NCBI GenBank assembly: GCA_963827655.1
Contig: CAWHCF010000023.1
Location: forward strand, 505,466 to 569,465
DNA from: an uncultured Acidobacteriota bacterium
Lineage (GTDB): Bacteria; Acidobacteriota; UBA6911
Direction of reading: 5' to 3'
DNA length: 64,000 nt
Both the position numbers and the translations under genes were made by a program. A model generated the notes under the pieces. The model was not told the DNA's origin. It ran no database searches and was given only the letters and a program-made list of their open reading frames with translations. Below are positions 1 to 7,715 of the stretch, one piece after another; the stretch's first letter is position 1; each line of letters starts with the position of its first letter.

Positions 1-2
1 AG

Positions 3-338
3 CCGCGCGTCCGCCCTGTCTCACCCGTTCGAACCGACGGATTCACAGTCTACGTCGCGAATCTGCGCAGCTATCACAAAACGGGCGAGCTTGCGGCCAA
101 CCCCCGGGTGGAACTCTGTTACATGGACCAGGAGCATAATCACGTGCGACTGACCGGCACGGCTGAAATCGTCACCGAGCGCCCGCTGCTGCAAGAAATC
201 TGGGATACCAATCCGCTGCTTCGCCAGTATCTCGGCTCGCTGGATAACCCCGAGCTGATTGTCTATCGAGTCGTTCCCCACAGGGTTCGCTATATGCGTG
301 AATGGGCGCTTGAATACCACGAGGTCCCGCTGAATTAG
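3..338 (+). CDS. Pyridoxamine 5'-phosphate oxidase-like FMN-binding protein (5' truncated by window)
   Basis: Frame open from window start: PRVRPVSPVRTDGFTVYVANLRSYHKTGELAANPRVELCY...VRLTGTAEIV, typical PNPOx-like split barrel. Confidence 0.75.
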   Translation, partial: PRVRPVSPVRTDGFTVYVANLRSYHKTGELAANPRVELCYMDQEHNHVRLTGTAEIVTERPLLQEIWDTNPLLRQYLGSLDNPELIVYRVVPHRVRYMREWALEYHEVPLN

Positions 339-400
339 GGAGAGACGGCTCTTGTCTTGCTCACCGCCATGGCGCGAAGACGCAAAGAAAGGACGGCCTC

Positions 401-784
401 ATGCTCCAGGGTCTGCGAACGACCATCTACCCGGTAAGCGATCTTGCGTCAGCGAAGAGCTGGTACAGTCGTGTTCTGGGTTTCGACCCTTATTTTGACC
501 AGCCTTTCTACGTCGGCTTTAATGTCGGGGGCTTTGAGTTAGGTCTGGATCCAAACGGGTCGCTTGCTACCGAGGGGGGTGGCCCGATCGCTTACTGGGG
601 CGTAGACGACGCCGGCAGCGCCCTGGCACGGCTGCTTGAACTCGGCGCGAAGCCGCACCATGAGCTTCAAGACGTGGGGGGTGGGATTCGCGTTGCCGCT
701 GTGAAGGATCCCTTCGGGAACGTTTTCGGTATCATCGAAAATCCTCACTTCCGCATCGCCGATCCATCGCAGCATTCCCATTGA
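401..784 (+). CDS. VOC/glyoxalase family protein
   Basis: YPVSDLASAKSWYSRVLG...DPFGNVFGIIENP; RBS AAGGA upstream. Confidence 0.9.
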   Translation: MLQGLRTTIYPVSDLASAKSWYSRVLGFDPYFDQPFYVGFNVGGFELGLDPNGSLATEGGGPIAYWGVDDAGSALARLLELGAKPHHELQDVGGGIRVAAVKDPFGNVFGIIENPHFRIADPSQHSH

Positions 785-845
785 CGAGCATTATTGAACG
801 CGGCTGGCTTTCATTCGAGAGTGCTTCAAGGACGGCGGGGAGAAA

Positions 846-1280
846 CTACGGCTTGGTCCCGGAAGTTTTGGGATAGATCTTAGTGCCTTTGTAGTCGCGC
901 AGGCCGCAGAACCCTGCCGTTTTGAATCCGTGCTTCTGTAGAATAGCCGCGGCACGCGCGGCACGCCCGCCGCTGTTTCAAGCCGTCAGGATGGTCTTGT
1001 CTTTCGGCAGCTCGCTGAGCCGCCCTTCGAGTTCGCCAATTGGAATGTTGATGTAGCCCTCGCGCGTGCCAAGCTCTTCGAGCTCCTTGGGCTCGCGCAC
1101 GTCCAGAAGTATAGCCTTGCCATCCGCGAGAAGCTTGTCGATGGCGTCGGCCGCAATGCGCTGATCCTCAGACACTGGCGTCCCCTGCGATGGCGGAGGA
1201 GGAGCGCTCTGGTTAGGAGGTTGTTGCGCGGCCAGGATCGCCGCTCCCACCAGCATCAGCTCCAGCACGAGTGATTTCAT
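846..1280 (-). CDS. Secreted rhodanese-like sulfurtransferase with in-frame TGA (probable selenocysteine) at the catalytic position
   Basis: Signal peptide, LLDVREPKEL rhodanese motif; track ORF stops at TGA 980-978 but the frame continues NSGGRAARAAAILQKHGFKTAGFCGLRDYKG... to TAG at 848-846, completing the active loop. Confidence 0.8.
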
Positions 1281-1451
1281 GCTTCGCCTCCCTCGATGCT
1301 CGCATTGTAATTTGCGCCCATCTGCTTAAGCAAGGTCTCGTAGAAACAAAATCCACCACGAAGACGCAAAGGCGCGAAGAAATGCCAGGAACGAACCTTT
1401 CGCCGCTCTGGTCCATCTAATTGAGAAGAAACAGATGGGCCACCATAATCC

Positions 1452-1997
1452 ATGACAAGACGAAAGCTTGCTTCTCTGGCTCTGCTCCTCGCTCTCACGG
1501 CCGCCCTCGCGATCATCCTCAAACACGGCAGACGTTCAAATCTGCCGCGCACGCAGCCGCAAGACGCAACCGATGCGGGCCTGATTCTTTCACCACAAAG
1601 GAACAAGGCAATATCCTTCAAAACTGAAAAAGGGGAGACCCAGGTCTGGGTCGTGTCGTATCCGGAAAACAGTCGCCGCATGGTGGCGAAGTTCAGTGCT
1701 GAAGAATCGGCCCGATACGCCAGCTGGTCGCCGGATGGCCGGCTCTTCGCGTACGAATCCTACAGCCTGGCCGGGCATAGTCCCATGACTACCACCCATG
1801 TCTGGATCGCCCGCTCAGACGCCGCCGAGATCAGACAGATCCGGCTTCCGCTGCCGAACGAAAGGTTTTCGACCTACCTGGATAAATGGGTCGACAGCGA
1901 CACCCTGCGAATTCGCAGCACCTTGCTGGAGCGTCCCGAGGACGTGTTTTACCATTACCGGTATTCCACCGGGAAAATCCAGGGTCCGCCCGGTTAA
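1452..1997 (+). CDS. Membrane-anchored protein with TolB/PD40-like repeat
   Basis: N-terminal hydrophobic helix; YASWSPDGRLFAYES repeat. Confidence 0.6.
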   Translation: MTRRKLASLALLLALTAALAIILKHGRRSNLPRTQPQDATDAGLILSPQRNKAISFKTEKGETQVWVVSYPENSRRMVAKFSAEESARYASWSPDGRLFAYESYSLAGHSPMTTTHVWIARSDAAEIRQIRLPLPNERFSTYLDKWVDSDTLRIRSTLLERPEDVFYHYRYSTGKIQGPPG

Positions 1998-2002
1998 TCC
2001 AC

Positions 2003-3112
2003 ATGAACAAGAGCTGCTTGATCTTGTGTCTTACCGCGCTCTCCGGAGTCTATCCCTTGGCCGCCCAGTCTGGTTTTCCGTTCTTTGACGAGAACAAGTA
2101 TGTCGGTAATGTCGTGGGCTCGGTCATTGATTCAAAGACAGGCCGGGGTATTCGTGGCGCTTCGGTTCTGCTGATCAAGGAACCCTGGCGCAATCGATCA
2201 GGCTCGGCCGGATGGACGGAAAACCTCCGCAACGCGCTTCTGGGCTCCAGCGTGCGGCGAGGATCTACCGATTCAAGCGGTCAGTTCATTGTCAACAACG
2301 TGCCGACCCCGTACCCATTTGAAACTTATACCGTGGTTACCATGGCGCCCGGGTACAAGGTGCAGGTCTTTGACCAGATTCCAGTTCTTCCTGGCGCTGT
2401 GATGTCGCTGGACTGCAGGTTCGCTCTTACTCCCGGAAAGGGGGCGGGTCTCGTGTTTGGCAGGAACGACCGGGGGGCGCCGTACCATTACAGCCACGAG
2501 AAGAGGCTCCGCATCCCGCCGATTCCTCGAGACGACCGGGCTCTTGCAGGTGCGCAACGCATCTTCGCCACGCGCGAAGGCCTGGTCGGCCGGACGACGG
2601 CAAACGGGCATGTCATTCGCAAAGGCGACCAGTTCGCGTCGCTCCCCTCGCGACGCGCCTTGTCCGGCAAGGGTGAACGCTCGTTTCAGGTGAAGCTTAG
2701 TTACCGGGGGAGATCCGTGGTCGTCCCGGTGTGGGACGTGGGGCCGTGGAACATACGCGACGATCACTGGAACCCGTCACGCTCGCGAGAACAGTGGCGT
2801 GATTTGCCTCAGGGACTGCCCCAGGCTCAAGCGGCTTTCGAAAAAGGTTACAACGGCGGCAAAGACGGTTTCGGCCGGCGTGTGTCAAATCCCGCCGGCA
2901 TCGACCTCGCGGACGGAACCTTCTGGAACGATCTTCGGATGCGCGACAACGACTGGATTGGAGTCGAGTATCTCTGGCTGGATGGAGAAGTCGCATCGAC
3001 TCCAGGCCGGCAAGAGCCTTCGGGCCGTCCAAGACGCCCGCGCGGCGAGCCATCCCGCGGTATCGAAATCGTTGATGACATCCTGGCCGCAGTCAGGGTA
3101 ATTCTGCGGTAA
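2003..3112 (+). CDS. Secreted protein: carboxypeptidase-regulatory-like beta-sandwich plus RlpA-like/DPBB-type domain (putative cell-wall enzyme)
   Basis: ATG 2003 gives a signal peptide; GSVIDSKTGRGIRGASV...TDSSGQF; C-terminal FATREGLVGRTTANG, VWDVGPWN, GIDLADGTF. Confidence 0.65.
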   Translation: MNKSCLILCLTALSGVYPLAAQSGFPFFDENKYVGNVVGSVIDSKTGRGIRGASVLLIKEPWRNRSGSAGWTENLRNALLGSSVRRGSTDSSGQFIVNNVPTPYPFETYTVVTMAPGYKVQVFDQIPVLPGAVMSLDCRFALTPGKGAGLVFGRNDRGAPYHYSHEKRLRIPPIPRDDRALAGAQRIFATREGLVGRTTANGHVIRKGDQFASLPSRRALSGKGERSFQVKLSYRGRSVVVPVWDVGPWNIRDDHWNPSRSREQWRDLPQGLPQAQAAFEKGYNGGKDGFGRRVSNPAGIDLADGTFWNDLRMRDNDWIGVEYLWLDGEVASTPGRQEPSGRPRRPRGEPSRGIEIVDDILAAVRVILR

Positions 3113-3161
3113 CTAGAAATACCACCAAGACTCAAAGACACGAAGTCCCCTGTTACCCTCA

Positions 3162-3191
3162 TTGACAGAGGTTTCAGAATGTGGGTAAATT
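3162..3191 (+). promoter_or_regulatory. Putative sigma70 promoter of the FHA/kinase operon
   Basis: TTGACA-18 nt-TAAATT, about 55 nt upstream of ATG 3246. Confidence 0.4.
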
Positions 3192-3245
3192 TTACCGTCT
3201 GCTTATTCCGCGAGCATTCCATCGTCTCCTTCGTACCTCACCGTT

Positions 3246-4037
3246 ATGAATGCGAAAGCGGTTGGAAGAGATATCATCCTGGCGATCATAGACAACATGC
3301 GAGAGTCCAAAGAACCTCTCCTGTACAGCACCGTCGTGCCCAGTCTGTACGACGTTTACCTTCATCCTGACGATCACGAACGGCTGGCCGGGATCTTTCC
3401 TCAAATACGTGAGCAGGCTAAGAGAGCTCTCCGCGAGGGGTTGAACGAGCTCAATGGCGCGAAGCGTTCGTTCCTCCCCGGGTTGAAAGCGCGCCGGTCC
3501 AAGCATGAGCCGGCCGAAGGAGACTGGTACATCAAGTTTCATAAGGACGAAGACGAGGAACTTGCCCCCGGAGATATTCTGGTAGATTCACAATTGACGC
3601 TGCCGCCGCAGAAGGAATTCGGCGCCGGGGGAAAGACCCAGCGGACTGTTACCGTTCGATCGGGCGGGGAAACCAGGAAATTGAGAACCTATCAGGAAAG
3701 CCAGCCTACGGCGCCGGCGGCCCTGGCAAAGCTTGCCTACCAGGACAAGAAAGGCGAGCGGCGCGAGTTTCTCATGACGACCCCCGAGATCGCCATCGGC
3801 CGCGGCGGCCGGGCGGAGTACTGCGATCTGGAACTCGACGGGCCGGTGGACATTTCGCGCCAGCATTTTTACTTGAGACAAGACGAGAAGACTCGGGAGT
3901 TCTTCCTGCAGGACGTGAGCAGGTTCGGCACCACCGTTAACGGAAAGGAAGTTGCGCCCAAAGAATGGGTTCAAATCCCCGCAAAGGCGAAAATCGGCCT
4001 GGCCGGAAAAATGGTAATCGAATTCGAGAGTTTATGA
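3246..4037 (+). CDS. FhaA-like protein (DUF3662-like plus FHA domain)
   Basis: VPSLYDVYLHPDD N-terminal domain; FHA motifs IGRG, ISRQH, D-SRFGTTVNG. Confidence 0.85.
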   Translation: MNAKAVGRDIILAIIDNMRESKEPLLYSTVVPSLYDVYLHPDDHERLAGIFPQIREQAKRALREGLNELNGAKRSFLPGLKARRSKHEPAEGDWYIKFHKDEDEELAPGDILVDSQLTLPPQKEFGAGGKTQRTVTVRSGGETRKLRTYQESQPTAPAALAKLAYQDKKGERREFLMTTPEIAIGRGGRAEYCDLELDGPVDISRQHFYLRQDEKTREFFLQDVSRFGTTVNGKEVAPKEWVQIPAKAKIGLAGKMVIEFESL

Positions 4038-4071
4038 CCTCAACCGCAAGAACCCCAAGGGTCGCACGTCC

Positions 4072-4176
4072 ATGATTGCTCTCTATTGGGCCCGCTACTT
4101 GTTCCTGCTTTGGTTTGCGCTGGTGGTGACCTACCTGGTCTGCGCGCACGTGTTTTCGGACGCTCGACGCCGGTGA
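4072..4176 (+). CDS. 34-aa single-pass membrane peptide resembling the FhaB N-terminal anchor
   Basis: MIALYWARYLFLLWFALVVTYLVCAHVFSDARRR; its TGA overlaps GTG 4173 of the phosphatase (GTGA). Confidence 0.55.
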   Translation: MIALYWARYLFLLWFALVVTYLVCAHVFSDARRR

Positions 4177-5853
4177 AACCTGTGCCGAATCACAACGAGA
4201 ATCCTGCCTGGAATGCCTGGGGAGACACACATCCTGGCAAACAACGGGAAAATAATGAGGACCGCATTTATTGCGATCGCGACCGGGGGATATTCATTGT
4301 AGTGGACGGCATGGGAGGGGAGGCCGCAGGTGAAGAGGCCGCCCATCGCGCTCTAGACTGCATACGACAGAGGCTCGAGAACGAAACCGGAACGGTCGCG
4401 CGGAGAATTCGCGAAGCCATTACGTCGGCCAACAATGATGTCTATCGTCTCTCTCAGGCCAGGCCCGAGTGGCGCGGGATGGCGTGCGTACTGACGGCCG
4501 CAGTTATCGAGAACGGACACGTCCACATCGGGCATGTGGGCGACACACGCCTCTACCAGATCAGCGACGGTGAAATCCGCAAGGTAACCTCAGATCATTC
4601 GCCCGTCGGAAGGCGAGAGGAGGCCGGCGAGCTTCACGAGTTGGAAGCCATGCGCCACCCGCGCCGAAACGAGGTCTATCGCGACGTTGGGTCCAGGCTC
4701 CACAAGCCCGATGACGAGGATTTCATCGACTACATTCAGATCTCCTTTGAGTCTGACTCGGCGCTTCTACTGTGCTCGGACGGCCTGACCGACATGGTAA
4801 CCTCCGCCGAGATCCTCAAGACCGTTCGGCGCAACGCCGGAAACCCGCGCCAGTGCGTGCGCGATCTCATTGACCTGGCCAATGAGGCCGGAGGAAAAGA
4901 CAATATCTCGGTTATCGTGGCGGAGGGGAAGGATTTCCCGTGGGCCGGTAACCCTGTGAGCGGATCACGAGGCTGAGCCGGCGGGAGATAACGAGGGCAG
5001 GGCCGCGAGCCCCGGCGCGCGCGGCAGGTTCCTGGGAACTTTAACCAGCCGCTGGCTCGTATTTCTGTATGGCCTTATTCTCGGGATGGCTCTGCTCGGC
5101 GTTCTGTCCTCACGCATTCCGATCCGGCTGCCGGTCATAGGAGGAGTATCACAGACCGGTCCGGCGCGAGCGACACTGGTTGTCGAGCCGGGCAGCGCGG
5201 AGTTCCCGACCATCACTAAGGCCCTGGAGAAGGCGCGGGCGGGCGATGTAATTGAAGTCGGCGCCGGTGAATATAACGATCCTATCCGCTTGACCAAAGA
5301 TGTGAGCCTGGTCGCCCAAAAGCCCGGCGAGGTCGTGATCCAGATATTGACCTCGCTCCCCGAGGGCGAAGCCGCCGTCAGCGCGGATGGATTACAGGGA
5401 GGTCGATTATCCGGGATTGTCATTCGGCCAGGTCCCGGTGTCACTCTGCCGGTCGGGATTAAAGTCAACAATTCGGAGATCGATATTTCCACTGTAGAGA
5501 TTTCCGGCACCAGCCGAGCCGGCGTCTGGATCGACGGTCATTCGCGGGCGACCCTGACCGCCGGTTACATCCACTCGAATTTAGGACCCGGCGTCATAAT
5601 CGGAGGGGTCTCGACGCCCCGCCTGCTGAGGAACGTGATCGCGCGTAACGGCCTGGCAGGGGGAAAGCCCCAACCCGGTATCCAGATTGTCGATGAAGCC
5701 TGGCCGGAAGTGGTTCACAATGTGATCAGCGAGAACGGCGCCGAGGGAATCCAGATTCCAATACGGATTCTGCAGGAAAGAATGGAAAATAACTTTTTCA
5801 GCGCGGGGGAAAAACGCAACCAGGCGGGCGACATCGGTACCGCGCGCCGTTGA
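4173..5853 (+). CDS. PP2C Ser/Thr phosphatase with TM helix and extracytoplasmic right-handed beta-helix; apparent frameshift near 4960-4976
   Basis: RENNED, VVDGMGG, GHVGDTR, LCSDGL, GGKDN; second frame open from 4960 gives TM (WLVFLYGLILGMALLGVL), then FPTITKAL...GDVIEVGAGEY and parallel beta-helix repeats. Confidence 0.8.
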
Positions 5854-7703
5854 CTGCACCCATGAAGAGCTTCCTGCAGAACGTCGGTCACTATCAGATC
5901 CTCGAAAAACTGGGACGGGGCGGAATGGCCGATGTCTATCTTGCGCTCGATACGACGACCAACAGGCAGGTGGCCTTGAAGCTGGTCGAGCGGGGCTCGA
6001 GCCAGGACGCGCAGGAGATACTTGCCGCCGAGCGGCTGGGCGCCAGGCTCCAGGCCTATCTTTGCACTGTCGACCCGAGGATACCCCGGATTCACACCTG
6101 CGGAGATATGGATGGGCACTTCTACATCGACATGGAATATGTAGCGGGCCGCGATCTGGCCGAGATTCTTCGGGAAGGTCCTCTCGAAGCTCGCGCTGCG
6201 GTGCGCATCGCGATTGAACTCTGTGACATTCTGAGCAAGGCCCATAGCTGCTCGCTCCAGATAGAGGGGAGGGAAATCCGGGCCATCGTCCACGGGGACA
6301 TCAAGCCCACGAACGTGCGCCTCGATCGGGAGGACCGGGTTCGCGTTCTCGACTTTGGCATAGCCAAGGGTCTCTCGCTGACTCGAAAACTCACCATCAA
6401 CGCTTTTGGCAGCGCGTCCTATTCCTCTCCTGAAAGGCTCGAGACGGGCCGGATCGACGCGCTGTCAGATCTGTGGGCAGTGGGGGTTGTGTTGTACGAG
6501 ATGGTCGAAGGAAGATTGCCCTTCGAAGCCCCTTCGGCTGAAAAGCTGGAGACCATCTTAAAAGGGCGCATTCCCCCGCAGCCGCTCAGTAACAGCTGCC
6601 CCAAAGAATTGCAGGAGATCATTTTCAAGTCTCTGGCGCGTTCCCCGGAAAGAAGGTATCAAAACGCCGGTGAGTTCGAATCGGACCTGAAAGCTTTCGA
6701 GGACGGCCGTCCGACCCTGGCCGGCCGCGAGAACGAGCAGACGCGGCGTTCGGAGTCGGAGGAGGCGCTAATCGATCCGGGCGTGACGCGGCGCGAGGCT
6801 GCGGCGCCGGGTTCCGAAGCCAAAGCGACTCGGAGGCATCTTTCACGCCGGACCAGGATGATTTTGATCTCGGCCGGAGCGGGACTTTTCCTGCTCCTCG
6901 CGGTTGCGGTCTTTTGGGAAGCGCTCGTCTTACGGTCGTCGGGCAGCCTGGCAGCGACCTTTGACAGCCAGCAGATAGACGGCGACACCGCCTGGGTTCA
7001 GTATGAAGACATCAAGGCCCGCAGTCTCGTGGGAGTTGCTCCCCTGGCGCTGCGCCCTTCCCTCAAGAGATTACTGGTCGCTAACTGCGAGCGTGTGATT
7101 GACGAGTACCGGAACAATGACGTCCCCAGGGCACGGGAGGCGGACTGGGCGCGCTGCAAGCGCTACATGACTCATGCCCGCGAGCTCGATCCGACGGACG
7201 CGAAAACGGTCGCCATGGTCGAATATTCGGACGGGCACCTCCTCCGCATCAGCCGCAAGGATGCGGACGCAGTAGCGGCTTTCCAGCGCGCCGCCTCCCT
7301 GCAACCCAGATGGCCGGATCCTCACCTGGGAATGGCGCGCTCTTATATTTACGGTTTGAAGGATGTCGAGCGCGGCATCCGCGCCCTCAAGCGCGCGGAT
7401 GATCTGGGGCACAAGCCCGGGAAACGCGAGCAGGCCCAGTTTGCCGACGCTTACAAGATCCGCGGAAACCAATTCTGGAGTGGATCGAAGAAACTGCGCA
7501 ACACGCCTCAGGAGGAGGAGCTGCTGTCCAAGGCAAAGGAGGACCTTGAACGAGCGCTCGATCTCTATTCAGACATCGCCCCCTGGGGTGAAAGCACGAC
7601 TCAGATCCGGTTAACGCAAGAGCTTCTGACCGAAATCAAAACCCGCCTTGAAGTTGTTGACCCGCCGAGATCCATATTCAATTGGAAATGGTGGAAGCCG
7701 TGA
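5850..7703 (+). CDS. Hanks-type Ser/Thr protein kinase with TM helix and TPR-like C-terminal domain
   Basis: LGRGGMADVY, VALK, HGDIKPTN, DFG, YSSPE, DLWAVG; TM; helical repeats (AFQRAASLQPRWPDPHLGMAR). Confidence 0.92.
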   Translation: MTAPMKSFLQNVGHYQILEKLGRGGMADVYLALDTTTNRQVALKLVERGSSQDAQEILAAERLGARLQAYLCTVDPRIPRIHTCGDMDGHFYIDMEYVAGRDLAEILREGPLEARAAVRIAIELCDILSKAHSCSLQIEGREIRAIVHGDIKPTNVRLDREDRVRVLDFGIAKGLSLTRKLTINAFGSASYSSPERLETGRIDALSDLWAVGVVLYEMVEGRLPFEAPSAEKLETILKGRIPPQPLSNSCPKELQEIIFKSLARSPERRYQNAGEFESDLKAFEDGRPTLAGRENEQTRRSESEEALIDPGVTRREAAAPGSEAKATRRHLSRRTRMILISAGAGLFLLLAVAVFWEALVLRSSGSLAATFDSQQIDGDTAWVQYEDIKARSLVGVAPLALRPSLKRLLVANCERVIDEYRNNDVPRAREADWARCKRYMTHARELDPTDAKTVAMVEYSDGHLLRISRKDADAVAAFQRAASLQPRWPDPHLGMARSYIYGLKDVERGIRALKRADDLGHKPGKREQAQFADAYKIRGNQFWSGSKKLRNTPQEEELLSKAKEDLERALDLYSDIAPWGESTTQIRLTQELLTEIKTRLEVVDPPRSIFNWKWWKP

Positions 7704-7715
7704 AGGCGCGCTGAT

